Shown here: in pieces, positions 22,401 to 31,056 of the stretch | How the letters are laid out: each line of letters opens with the position of its first letter | Numbering within the stretch: position 1 is the first letter of the stretch | DNA from: an uncultured virus (IMG/VR IMGVR_UViG_3300020603_000002) | Lineage: Duplodnaviria > Heunggongvirae > Uroviricota > Caudoviricetes | Strand: one strand, 5' to 3' | DNA: 57,085 nucleotides | IMG/VR virus record: IMGVR_UViG_3300020603_000002 | Notes under the pieces: model-generated | The model's input: only the letters and a program-made list of their open reading frames with translations | Databases searched by the model: none | Told to the model about the DNA's origin: nothing | Translations under genes and position numbers: made by a program

Positions 22401-23551
22401 GTTTTAAAAAAATATAAATTTTGTCCGCTGTTTAAGACTATCGGAACTTTAGTGTCCATGTAAGTATTGAACCAAGATGATCCATATAAAAAAACTTTTT
22501 GTTGGTATAGTGTAAGTGCATTTGTATAATTTGTCATTTCGGTAAGAACACCTAAATTTTCTTTAGCAAAATCATTCAAAACATTGTCAATGAATTTTTG
22601 TAATCTAAAATTCAATTGATTGAGAGTTAACTCGGGAAAATTATCCGGTATTAATCCTTTTGATTTATAATCCGAATAAATTTCTTTCATTTTTTGATAT
22701 CCCCTACTTACAATTTTCGGTTTCTGAATTGATTCTTCTTTTGTTTGTGATCCTTGAGTTTTACTAGCAGAGGCCAAATTTACTACATTATTATACATAT
22801 GTGGAACTGCCATAAGAGATCCAAAATTTACATATGAAAGTAAAGTATATTTATATCCATAAAATTTTAGAGTTATATCAAAATTATGTGTTGTTGAATT
22901 AAATTTAGAAGAAAAACTTTGCAACATTATAGGAAACTTTACGGCTTTTCCATAGTAACCTTTCATTGTTAGTGTAAATTGTGGATAAGGTAGTTGAAAA
23001 AACGCCGAATAAGGGGAGTTGTTTCCTCCTTCGAAAAGAGCTCTTCCTTTTACATCTTCTAACTCAATGTCTATAACTGGTAAAAAGTCTGTACCAAGTG
23101 AAAATCTAATATTTGTAATACCCAAAAAACCGTTGTCTACTGCGCCTGGTCGTCCGTTTGACCAAAGATTTTGAGTTATGTAATAATCATCACTTTTATT
23201 TGGATTTTTAACGGAGGTTAATTTAGGTTGATTAACTCCTTGACCTTGTAATGTATTTTTTCCTGTCAATTCATCAGACCATGCGGTATCTAAAAATTTT
23301 TTATGACCAGGATTTAAAAAGTTAATTTTACCAACAGAAATTGTTCTCTGTTGGTCATTCATTGCAGAGCCAACCGCTAATTTTGTTCTTGGCAAAACGT
23401 TGCACTCCAAGTTGGCGTAAAAAATTAAATCTTCTTGTTTTACAAGTCGGTCTTTTACGTTACCCTCTTGATCAATAAGTTTGTTGGGATCAATTAAAGC
23501 TATGTTATCGTAGTCAAATTCAACAAGTATATTTTCCCCGTTATCTGCCAT
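16448..23551 (-). CDS. Very large putative baseplate hub/tail protein (2367 aa)
   Basis: Lies after the tape measure, baseplate and LysM-like genes. The segment YECSVDMMGCALIQPMMYFNIRNVPMFSGPYMITKITHDI resembles the C-terminus of hub (gp27/VgrG-like) proteins. Has internal Gly/Thr beta repeats. Confidence 0.6.
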   Translation of the reverse strand: MADNGENILVEFDYDNIALIDPNKLIDQEGNVKDRLVKQEDLIFYANLECNVLPRTKLAVGSAMNDQQRTISVGKINFLNPGHKKFLDTAWSDELTGKNTLQGQGVNQPKLTSVKNPNKSDDYYITQNLWSNGRPGAVDNGFLGITNIRFSLGTDFLPVIDIELEDVKGRALFEGGNNSPYSAFFQLPYPQFTLTMKGYYGKAVKFPIMLQSFSSKFNSTTHNFDITLKFYGYKYTLLSYVNFGSLMAVPHMYNNVVNLASASKTQGSQTKEESIQKPKIVSRGYQKMKEIYSDYKSKGLIPDNFPELTLNQLNFRLQKFIDNVLNDFAKENLGVLTEMTNYTNALTLYQQKVFLYGSSWFNTYMDTKVPIVLNSGQNLYFFKTEYDAQKRETAITELNGIILENNKRLNENSVFGEKGSYTVGTKVVQSKISVPIDIKTFTKKELITNVDIEKSFRNVPNSPKGQLSPANTPISSVTSTDIAYQIYKGTLEDLFKLVDGVFYFFEGPKSFMSITDNIGKSAQKFRTQIEQQITENLASKFNSQGKGSLGFTPSIRNILAVFYCQGEAFLRLMDEVHKKAWEQRENPYRKAAIFGNQTTAPSVDIKGSTQNNEPIYPWPQVIQETVGDDNQEKFQIIYPGAQNVANSYRAYNPEIWPEVEFVEQFIKGYTQRQNDADKSAAEFNELDSQPSRISLNGIDFPISNEVFQNKEESKYFYEIYERIILNSYFSRLNRKSGYDLSIYEAEGDDEAVNILKSLGQDNPFLAKTIKEYLLDSNNYVPFLRHISNQGQGESWQSFIRGQFVTNYIKNDVENPNVLFNEDIIISTKSQPNVSVSNPKNITNLTKYFENSSVSNTFEFGDTYPITDLKWDKKNLADGKSLNNANEVFDTQKVLNYNTVQLTITNFTEDNDDNKVRPFTHFNFLDLNVNSSISNLKSFYKDRQLKDQLITEGNILYENYNENITQTQTTSMLNTPYFINAIQQGVFNFRYKQNDPYPYKTAAYLFLNSLPLGTLREKYKTFDGQAITDLSYILATIKKFGAVHKLPYAWILKYGSIWHRYKIYDNTGKDFIDDVWKDFNYLENWDPGFSSSTKTFNLNIDGNQKNLVLQQTTGNKPFTDMTTGFYPQTLDDFNVFLQGLKLFSGQTQVSGIAKTRSISGNCNVFTVTGTCSSSGNVLSVSSITKNLITVGDQLKITIGNTIINLIVNSFGPNTSGGTGTYNITPGLTSNVTSFILNSYVSVSGLTLNSLGTGSILSGSTINPAITIQTQYSGPSNSNGIYKLNTYTANTTTSDFRVLNPPLQVDQIYSNVLTQGQIINGPNFNGDITIISQISGTTGGKGIYLISSNQADSVTSPFVVQNQYIQGISSGSIQPLLDNKKLIMFNTLDSTIYGSIGFDPSNKLRTMRISPYSVVVRTTDTTGYYVLPSFGTNINQAKDETFRNGNMKKELFDNPSMFNGTVRLFWNAPQYGWFNNSQVKKNNPITYLKQILNEQKDQQNFLITGKQNDYTNFEELFTTFDIKTLDLFESEFLNFSRSIYDYVDTLPPTTNSESLTQLNVMKNQDGSYTQVSNNQPNFKTIVSDQTYKNFQGLMRELLKIQTPTGTSPETKLTEIIASQNTQFQQVLSGFMNYDIVFKFGNPTQFNRRLYLTFSTRFLEDPFIYGPYENGTLPPQVSLSASQQQSPETWKKLLNYVGTSSIPELEYKNNGSYITDFFIDMNVQFNEKNVEDFAPIIKLYASEKLKKNNLNLTSFYNLMDSYIIESDNYIGNVINVMLPQVRKNLPSVLINQEFAENRANLEAGFTEQTRTELWETFKALNDSWIAGFDFQNKTLFEDVMLVDRASRNVGDKIIVDIFLIQDLIKDGSYKNTLLDMITTILVQNNFQYFMLPSYVNFYNVQDTQKNPTPRPDGTLEFGNTLFGTFLNVDYRNSSPKFLCYYANKPSEHLDMKDNIDYRYRDDAFDLRRASDNPLQENQSYKKDWDKSNKVVGFNVDITRPNQQIFKSFAVNQTPGKPTAESLEMLNQMANLGGNRRSTTQSVSLYNLYKNRSYECSVDMMGCALIQPMMYFNIRNVPMFSGPYMITKITHDISEENFTTNFQGTRQPFYSLPKIDNFLQTLNIKILETIQTRIQQNEKKERESSKNVLAQKDNILSNIKSEETLTKNQDCVENINPIYLKYTGLDTPKPTTQTIKQLFEQIKKQLIASGYSATGETTAVIANMAFSFVYVDSGKENGIFSYEHNYNTINLKEIYGPNFINLIKKNYFCVTRGTNSNLPIAAFNSFEDFVKFLVDKTSPILTLLKAEQNNFDFNTREGVSSAIAKMYVLNYPVEQPPNVYTTLTEQEKLSLRDEFLKANNAFLTVQTFTIT

Positions 23552-23864
23552 AATAAAAAAAGTAGTTATCTAGTGCGTTTTTATAATCTTGTAATGAAGC
23601 CACTAATGGATAAGGAACTGTTAATACTGCGCCATCGGGTATTGAGTATTCACTTCCCGAGTATTGTGGATTTGCAACCTGTATCAACCATCCAAAGTAT
23701 GGTGTCCCATAAAATTGTTGAGAAATTTTATCCAATCGAGATTGACCAATTATAAAAATATAATTTTTATCGGATGTTTTTGACGGAATCAATACAAATG
23801 GTACAACATTTTGTTCTCCGTTTATCAAAAAATCAGTATATCTGTTCCAATATTGAAGTGCCAT
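23541..23864 (-). CDS. Baseplate protein with LysM/tail-X-like fold (gp53-like)
   Basis: SRLDKISQQFYGTPYFGWLIQVANP...IPDGAVLTVP, in the canonical position within the baseplate module. Confidence 0.75.
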   Translation of the reverse strand: MALQYWNRYTDFLINGEQNVVPFVLIPSKTSDKNYIFIIGQSRLDKISQQFYGTPYFGWLIQVANPQYSGSEYSIPDGAVLTVPYPLVASLQDYKNALDNYFFYYGR

Positions 23865-23865
23865 T

Positions 23866-26800
23866 TTAGTTAAAAGTTACTTTACCATTGAAGGTTTTTT
23901 TATTGTCATTAAGATTTACACTGCTATATAAATCTTTCAATTTTTTGTTCTTATCGTTTAGATTGGTTGTCGATGGTGATACAAAATTGCATTTTTTTAT
24001 TTGTGTGTCAGGAAGTTTAAATTTGGACAAAGTATCATACTCTTGTGATTTTTCAATGTTTTCAAAAATGTTGCTCCATCCTTTTTGAAATTCCGTATAA
24101 TTATTTTTTAAACTTAAACATCTTTCTTTCAATTTTTCAATTACCGTTGCATTTCCTTTAATTTCATTACCGCTTGTTAAATCTTCTATAAATTTCGTAT
24201 ATAAATCTTCTTTTGTAAATAATGGGGACATCGCGATATAAAACCTATTATAGGCACAACTATCTCCGAAAGGGTATTGGTTACCAACGCCAGTTTTATT
24301 TTGAAATTTGCAGTCTTGTCCATTTTCTATGGTAGATTTTTTTTTATTATAAAATCCATCTTTGGATGTAACATTATTACTAACCAATAAAGATTCAAAT
24401 TTAGAAAGAGCCTCAGGGACTTTATTGGTATACAAGTTTGCCAAAGTTCCTTCTGTTGTTGCCGGTCCAAAAAAAGTATCACCACTCAAATCATATGTAA
24501 CGGGTTCATTATTAGATCCGAGCTCACCATCTAATTTTGAATTTACAACGTCCAATTGTCTAAATATGAAATTTAAATTAGTCTGATTTTTTATTAGATT
24601 AGAAGTGTTATTTGTAACGATATCAGACATCGGGCCTTTTCTTTCGTTAGCATAATTTTGTAATTTATCTTCAAGTTCTCTTTTTATTTTGTTTGTCATT
24701 TGACTTACTCCTTTCAAAAATTCTAATATTGGGTCATCATTTTTTTCAATGTCTTTTTTAACATCTCCTACTAACTCATCTATATAACCCAAATCTACAT
24801 TACTTTTACCAAAAAGAATTGTTTTAGTTTTATCATTGGTGTATTCAGAAAGTTCTCCTTCAGTATATGACCTATCTTGAAGTGCAATTTGAACTAAACC
24901 ATAGTTATAATCATTATTAATTTTAGAAATACATTCATAATATGATTTAAAATAAAGTTGTAGTCCGTCTTGTAAAGATAGTAATGTAGAGTCATAGTCC
25001 ATTTCAGTAGCGCTTGCTACTACTCCTACAGTTGTTCCCCCTTTTTTTGGTTGGATATTATTTGCAATATTATCCGCCTGTTGTGAACTAAGATTTGGAA
25101 GACCCGATGTTAATTGTTGGACCACATATTGGTCCAATTTACTAGTGTCTTCTGTTGGAGTGGCTCTTTCGTCATAGATTTCAGTATTAGCATAATAGTT
25201 AAATGATAATGCATTTTGAAGTTCTTGTACGGGTTCTCTAAGACCCATACCACCTATAATATTAAACGTCAGGGTTATGTTTGCCAACATAGGTTGAACT
25301 CCGATACCTTCAGGGTTGATGTCCAAAATAAGAGGATCGTAACTAATAGATAATTGTGTTGGTACAATCTTAGTGTGATAAAAGTCACCAACTCTTAAGA
25401 TTAGTATAGGAGGAGCACCAAAAGTAGTGTTTAGTGCGTCATTATATTTTGGTCGACCATCCGTTCCTATTACAGGAATTGTTTGTCCTGGTCTTGTACA
25501 TTGCTGTAAAAATGTTAATCTAGCATTCAAACCTTCAGGTGTCATTGAATGGAAAGTTGGGCTAAAAAATTTAATTTTTTCTTTTATTGTATCATATATC
25601 ATTGGGTCACTTTCTTTTATAACCTGGAAATAGTCACATTCAGTAAAAAGATTTCTTAGTATTTTTTTCGATATTCCTTCTTTGATTTTTTGTTCAACTG
25701 TAAGTTTTGGCTCGGGTTTAATACTTTGGGTTTGGCCTGTTAATATATTCGGGACTGGTGTTGGTTTTGGGGTTGGTGGTGCTTGACTTGGTTGTGGTTG
25801 TTCAGTAATTGGTACTTCTATTGTTACACTTTTAATCGAAACTCTCCTACAAGCCATTGCCGGTATACTATACCACTGAGCTTTGCTAGAAGATTCAACA
25901 TCTCCCGATGTTGGGTTATTTGTTGAGACTGTTGTTATATTTTTTGTACAGTCAACTGAGGCGTTCAATACAGGACCACCTTGTGATGTTGTAACACTTA
26001 TATCAACATTATCATCGGGGGATTTAGGTTTTTCTTGTGTTTTTGGTATAACCAATTGTTCGCCCGCAGAATCAAAGTTCATGGTAAAAAAACCATCGGA
26101 TTGATATTTTTCTAGTGTATTACCGTCTTTTAATTTTTGAGCTAAAAACCATTTTTTCACCGAATCGTTTCTTCTTTCAGATAATTTTTTATTATATGAT
26201 AATTTTTGGGGAGCTGAAGCAGACCCAACTAACTGCATTGTAACTTTACCTTTTTTGTCAACTAATACTTCATTTAATTTATTCAAAAAGTCAGTTTGTA
26301 TAAATTCAAAATTACCTTGTATTACCGAAGAAAAAAAGTTAGGTATTCCATCTTTCGAAAATGGATCAGTTCCAACATAAACTGTTTGGGGGGCTTGTTG
26401 TAGATAAGTTGGTTGTAGTCCTATATATTGATTATAATAAATATCGTATGGTGAGGCGGCAACAGTTTCTGGATTGCCTTTTGGAATATCATTTTCAAAA
26501 TAAAATGCGTATCCAACAAAAGTATCTACATTAGTTTTATCGTACTGAATGTTTGTTTGGGTTTGAGTTCCTGTACTAGTAGAATTTTGAGTATTGTCTG
26601 ATCCTGACGAATCCCCTTCGACGGTTGTTTCTTGGTTGATGGGTAAACTTTCATAAACTTGTATTTGTTCTTCACTTGTCAATCTCGGGTTATTAAGTAT
26701 TTGTTGATACGTATAAAGATCTTTTGTTGGTATAGTGTTGAATTTAATTCCTAACTCATATAAATCATATTTAGTACAACCAGCAAAAAATGAGTCAACA

Positions 26801-28944
26801 ACACTTTGTATTCTTTCCTTTGACGCACCTTTCATTTGTTTTTCAATAATTGTGTTCATCATGGATGGTGAGTCAACAACTATTGTCCAAGAAAGTGAAC
26901 CTGTTCTTGATGTATTTTTGTAGGTATAAATTGGTTCAGGTCTTCCAATAAAAGATGTTGAATTAAAATCCGGTTTTGTGTCATCAGAAAACTTTAAGTT
27001 ATACGGTGGAAACCACATTATTCTACCACCATTAGGTCCTTTTTCACAAACAGGTAAATCATCGTAAGTAAAACCAGGTCTGTCCGATGTTCTCCAAGCC
27101 AAATTTTCTAAAGAAAACATATATTTTTTTACTTTACCATCAACAATATTGGTGGATCCAGGATTTTTTAGTGGTGCAATATTTAAATTATACGTGTTAT
27201 CAAATATAGAATAATCAAACTTTCTACCTGATGTTGTTATACCATCAACTTTTTGTAAATCAGCATAAGTATAATATGGTGTATCTTTTTGGAATATTCT
27301 ACAATACTCTAATCCAGCCTGAGTACCATCCGATTGATTAACATATGAAAGTACTTTAGATCCTTTAGTCAATTCTTTGTAACCGTCATTGAACACTTTT
27401 GATACTTGATTTATTGCCGTACCTACATGTTTTAATCTTGCCTGTCCTTGAACTTGATCGGCCGATTCTACTAATTTTTGAGTTTGGTATAAGATAGACC
27501 CTGGTTTGAACGCTATGTCCGTTGATTGATATCTTAAGTAATCTGCAGAAATTTCATTAAATTCACCATCGGAAGATCCAACACCACCACCAATTGTTGC
27601 ATGAAAACCTGCATTTTCTTTATATTTGGGTGATGTCCAAACTAATTGTCCTGAGGTTCCTCCGCCATCACTGTATGATTTTCCTTTAAGCCCGAAATTT
27701 AATTGATCTTCATTTCCTTCGTATAAGATTGCAAGCTCTTGAGGCCCATAAACAATTGTGGCTTGTTGTTGTCCGAATTGGTTTACTGGAACTTGGTTTG
27801 GTGGTGAATCGATTAAACTCGGTTCAACGTTCGAGTTTCCTACATAATAGGTTCCTGTTGCAGGTGTATCTTGTCCAACTAAAGTTCCCGCTAAAGCCGA
27901 AATTCCTTGTATAAAACCTATGTTATACGAGGGTCTATAAATATTATAGTTGAGGGTTGCAAATAATACTGATCTTGTCCCGTTACCAGTATTTGCAACA
28001 AAAATTTCTGAAGGATTTCTTGTTTTATTTAAAATAGGAGCCAATAAACCACCTGTTAGATTATTTACAATATTTAATCCAGAGTTGGTTTGTTGTGGAT
28101 TAGTATAAGGATTTGTTTCTTCGAAATAGTCTCCTGGTATAAATGAAACAGGAAAATATGTACCTGTCAATCTATTAGCTAAAGAAATTGTTGCCAATAC
28201 AGGCCCTTCGGGAACTGTTATTCTCCAGTCTCTAATAAATAATGGTTGTTGCCCTGTTGCTAACAGACTAGCTGAAAATGGATCTGTGATTGTATCTAAA
28301 TTAATTGACCCAATCGTTGCTTGTTCTATTTCTTGCGCAATTCTTTCATTGAACGCAAATTTCAATTGTGCGGCTCCTATTTTTGCTAAGTAACTGTCTG
28401 CGGATAAGGGTCCATTTGATCCTATTGGATCATCTTGAAAAACAATATTAAATGGTGAATATGAAGAAAAATTGAAATAGTTAGGATACCAATATGGTTG
28501 ATAAATATTATTTCCAATTTGAACGTCTGTAATAATTATCAAATCTTTGTAACCTCCACTAGGCCCAAATTTATTTGTAACATAAGCAGATTCAATATAA
28601 AATTCGTTTAATAAAACCAATCCTTGTGTTTGTTCTCCGTTCAATGGATAATACGGTCCTTGGTTTGGTTCTGATATAGGTGTAACATTAACACCAATAG
28701 GTTCCCCAAACCCGCCGTCGGGCCCATATTCATTCAGTGGATATAATTCCGATGCGAATAAATTGCTTGATACATAGTTATTCGGGGAGTCAATAACATT
28801 ACTTACTGTTAAATTTGTTTCGAAATTTATTGGGTTTCCTGGTGAAGTATAAGCACCAAGAACATTGTAAGGTTGTAAATTTCTTACCAACAATTGTTTT
28901 CGAAACAATTCAGAATTACCAAAAGACAAAAAACTATCTGCCAT
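23866..28944 (-). CDS. Large baseplate/tail protein (1692 aa) with an OmpA-C-like domain
   Basis: Tube-initiator-like motifs (FIGRPEPIYTYKNTSRTGSLSW; FGAPPILILRVGDFYHTKIV) flank an OmpA-like segment (LVGSASAPQKLSYNKKLSERRNDSVKKWF...CRRVSI). Follows the tape measure gene. Confidence 0.65.
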   Translation of the reverse strand: MADSFLSFGNSELFRKQLLVRNLQPYNVLGAYTSPGNPINFETNLTVSNVIDSPNNYVSSNLFASELYPLNEYGPDGGFGEPIGVNVTPISEPNQGPYYPLNGEQTQGLVLLNEFYIESAYVTNKFGPSGGYKDLIIITDVQIGNNIYQPYWYPNYFNFSSYSPFNIVFQDDPIGSNGPLSADSYLAKIGAAQLKFAFNERIAQEIEQATIGSINLDTITDPFSASLLATGQQPLFIRDWRITVPEGPVLATISLANRLTGTYFPVSFIPGDYFEETNPYTNPQQTNSGLNIVNNLTGGLLAPILNKTRNPSEIFVANTGNGTRSVLFATLNYNIYRPSYNIGFIQGISALAGTLVGQDTPATGTYYVGNSNVEPSLIDSPPNQVPVNQFGQQQATIVYGPQELAILYEGNEDQLNFGLKGKSYSDGGGTSGQLVWTSPKYKENAGFHATIGGGVGSSDGEFNEISADYLRYQSTDIAFKPGSILYQTQKLVESADQVQGQARLKHVGTAINQVSKVFNDGYKELTKGSKVLSYVNQSDGTQAGLEYCRIFQKDTPYYTYADLQKVDGITTSGRKFDYSIFDNTYNLNIAPLKNPGSTNIVDGKVKKYMFSLENLAWRTSDRPGFTYDDLPVCEKGPNGGRIMWFPPYNLKFSDDTKPDFNSTSFIGRPEPIYTYKNTSRTGSLSWTIVVDSPSMMNTIIEKQMKGASKERIQSVVDSFFAGCTKYDLYELGIKFNTIPTKDLYTYQQILNNPRLTSEEQIQVYESLPINQETTVEGDSSGSDNTQNSTSTGTQTQTNIQYDKTNVDTFVGYAFYFENDIPKGNPETVAASPYDIYYNQYIGLQPTYLQQAPQTVYVGTDPFSKDGIPNFFSSVIQGNFEFIQTDFLNKLNEVLVDKKGKVTMQLVGSASAPQKLSYNKKLSERRNDSVKKWFLAQKLKDGNTLEKYQSDGFFTMNFDSAGEQLVIPKTQEKPKSPDDNVDISVTTSQGGPVLNASVDCTKNITTVSTNNPTSGDVESSSKAQWYSIPAMACRRVSIKSVTIEVPITEQPQPSQAPPTPKPTPVPNILTGQTQSIKPEPKLTVEQKIKEGISKKILRNLFTECDYFQVIKESDPMIYDTIKEKIKFFSPTFHSMTPEGLNARLTFLQQCTRPGQTIPVIGTDGRPKYNDALNTTFGAPPILILRVGDFYHTKIVPTQLSISYDPLILDINPEGIGVQPMLANITLTFNIIGGMGLREPVQELQNALSFNYYANTEIYDERATPTEDTSKLDQYVVQQLTSGLPNLSSQQADNIANNIQPKKGGTTVGVVASATEMDYDSTLLSLQDGLQLYFKSYYECISKINNDYNYGLVQIALQDRSYTEGELSEYTNDKTKTILFGKSNVDLGYIDELVGDVKKDIEKNDDPILEFLKGVSQMTNKIKRELEDKLQNYANERKGPMSDIVTNNTSNLIKNQTNLNFIFRQLDVVNSKLDGELGSNNEPVTYDLSGDTFFGPATTEGTLANLYTNKVPEALSKFESLLVSNNVTSKDGFYNKKKSTIENGQDCKFQNKTGVGNQYPFGDSCAYNRFYIAMSPLFTKEDLYTKFIEDLTSGNEIKGNATVIEKLKERCLSLKNNYTEFQKGWSNIFENIEKSQEYDTLSKFKLPDTQIKKCNFVSPSTTNLNDKNKKLKDLYSSVNLNDNKKTFNGKVTFN

Positions 28945-28994
28945 TATTTTATTTTATAAATAGATAATAGAGGTTTTTTTTACAACTAAATCAC

Positions 28995-30848
28995 TTACTG
29001 CGGTTTGTTTTTAGTACCAGTCTCTGCTGATGGAGATTTACCAATCATAAGACTATAAATACTTTTAGCAAAATCTTGGTCATTGAATGCCGCTTCTGCC
29101 ACATTTTGAAAGTCTGATTTACTTAAATTTGCAGTATTGGGTCCTCCGTTAACAGTAACTTCATGTTTTACCGTCACTTGACCTGAAGCCTCGACTTTTT
29201 TTGGATCTCCGTAAGCCTTTTCAAATGTATTTTTCATTTCTTGGAATGTTTTAGTAGCAGCATCATCAATAGCTGTTTTTCCTTTTGTTTCCATGTCTGA
29301 AAGATTTTTAACTAAATCGCTCAAGTTTTTTTGGTATCCTTGTTCGTCTCCTTTAAGCAAAGATTTAATTGACTCTTCTACAGGCGTTAATACTTGACTG
29401 ATTGGTTTTCTAGTTCCCTCTGTTGTTATTGGTTGATTTATACCCCTCGCGTAATCTGTATTTAGTTTCATCATAGTAGTAAATAATTTTTCAACAGGTT
29501 CTGCGGTTGCCCTTCCAAAACCAACGGCCGCCTTTGTGCCACCTATCGCAAGATTAATTTGTTGTAGTTGAGTTAATTGATCGTATGCTAATTGTTCAAC
29601 AGTTTTTGCTTGTTCCGTTTGAGATTCTTTTAATTTTGTAATATCTTCGGGAGTCAATTGATCGACTTGTTTTAACACAACTTCTCCAGTTTTCTCATCT
29701 TTAACGTTTATAGTTGCAACTCCATCCTTCATTTGTGCCATGCTAGCAATCAACTCTTTTGTTTCTTTATTACCTTCGGCAAAACTTGGAAGTTTTATTT
29801 GGGACATTTTTTTGTCAAAGTCGGCGGCTTTAATAGACATCCCGGCAAGTTCATCAGCTGTCATTCCAAGAGCTCCTGCAACTTCGCGTAATCTTCTTTG
29901 AGCTCCTGGCATTATTTCAAACTTATTTGTTTGTTCATTAAATTTTGTAAATTCTTTAGATATGTTTAATATTTCATTTTGTAGTGCTGCCGGATCATTT
30001 TGAGCCATGTCCATTGCTCTCAACGGATCTAATAATGCACCACTTGTAACTCCCAATCTTTGAAGTTCGGCCGACATTTCTATCGCTTTTTCAGGAGAAA
30101 ATAAATCGTCGGCAATTTTGAATACTTTACTCATGTCTACCCCAAGTCTAGCTGCTTGAACGGACATTTTAGTTAACCCCTCAATTCCATTGTTAAAATT
30201 ATACAAATTTAATTTTCCGATATTTGATACAACTAAATTAGACACCCCTGCTACTGAAACTCCAGCACTTCTTGCTGCGTTGGCAACTTTTAACATTTCA
30301 TCTCCAACATCATATATTGATATTCCAACCTCTCTGAAGTTTTTAGTTAAAGTCCCTATTTCTTGTCCAGTACCTTGTGCGGCAGCACTCATTTCGACAA
30401 TAGCCTCTTTACCTATACTTGCGGCCCCACCTAAACCTTCTGCCATTTTTTCTATATTTTTTACTGCGTTTTCTTGTTCAATTCCCATTCTAATTAAGTC
30501 TGGAGAAACGTCAGCTATAGATTGTCTGAATTCTTCCATTCTTCCTTTACCAACACCCATAGTAGCCGACAAGGATGTTGCTTGTTCATCTAAAAGTTTA
30601 AGGAATGGATCTTTGTTCAATCCTTCACCAGCCAACGCATTACTTACTGATTGCATAGTGGATTGTGTTGTATCTAGAATACCTTTTAATCCGACAGTCC
30701 AAGAATTAATTAATTTTGGATTAAAGTTAAGTAAGTCTGATTTTTCCTCTAATGATCCTACACCCCCTTGGATCCATTGTTTTTTAGCCTTTGCAATCTC
30801 GTCAGCAACTAATTTTTCAACCTCTGCTTTAGTAAATGTATCCCCCAT
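28995..30848 (-). CDS. Probable tail tape measure protein
   Basis: 617-aa Ala/Met/Gln/Lys-rich helical protein directly downstream of the tail tube and chaperone genes. Confidence 0.7.
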   Translation of the reverse strand: MGDTFTKAEVEKLVADEIAKAKKQWIQGGVGSLEEKSDLLNFNPKLINSWTVGLKGILDTTQSTMQSVSNALAGEGLNKDPFLKLLDEQATSLSATMGVGKGRMEEFRQSIADVSPDLIRMGIEQENAVKNIEKMAEGLGGAASIGKEAIVEMSAAAQGTGQEIGTLTKNFREVGISIYDVGDEMLKVANAARSAGVSVAGVSNLVVSNIGKLNLYNFNNGIEGLTKMSVQAARLGVDMSKVFKIADDLFSPEKAIEMSAELQRLGVTSGALLDPLRAMDMAQNDPAALQNEILNISKEFTKFNEQTNKFEIMPGAQRRLREVAGALGMTADELAGMSIKAADFDKKMSQIKLPSFAEGNKETKELIASMAQMKDGVATINVKDEKTGEVVLKQVDQLTPEDITKLKESQTEQAKTVEQLAYDQLTQLQQINLAIGGTKAAVGFGRATAEPVEKLFTTMMKLNTDYARGINQPITTEGTRKPISQVLTPVEESIKSLLKGDEQGYQKNLSDLVKNLSDMETKGKTAIDDAATKTFQEMKNTFEKAYGDPKKVEASGQVTVKHEVTVNGGPNTANLSKSDFQNVAEAAFNDQDFAKSIYSLMIGKSPSAETGTKNKPQ

Positions 30849-30873
30849 TATTTAGTTTTTTAAATAAATATTT

Positions 30874-31056
30874 TTAATCTTTGTTTTGTTCTTCAACAAA
30901 TTTTTGTATTAAATACTTTCTTACATAAGTTGGCATTGACATAAACTCTGAATATTGAGTTCGGAATATTTTGGAAAAATAATAAAGTTCATCCAAAATT
31001 GTTTTTTTATAAGGCAAAGAAAGGCCGAAAAAACTCCACCCCAAAAGTAATGTCAA
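30874..31056 (-). CDS. Probable frameshift-accessed C-terminal extension of the tail assembly chaperone (GT-like)
   Basis: Overlaps the chaperone end in the +1 frame and has no ATG near its 5' end. Sequence ILDELYYFSKIFRTQYSEFMSMPTYVRKYLI resembles short helical chaperone tails. Confidence 0.65.
   Translation of the reverse strand: MTLLLGWSFFGLSLPYKKTILDELYYFSKIFRTQYSEFMSMPTYVRKYLIQKFVEEQNKD

Noticed and set aside
30190..30855. 221-aa plus-strand ORF
   Set aside because: Fully antisense to the tape measure gene and has no recognisable motifs.
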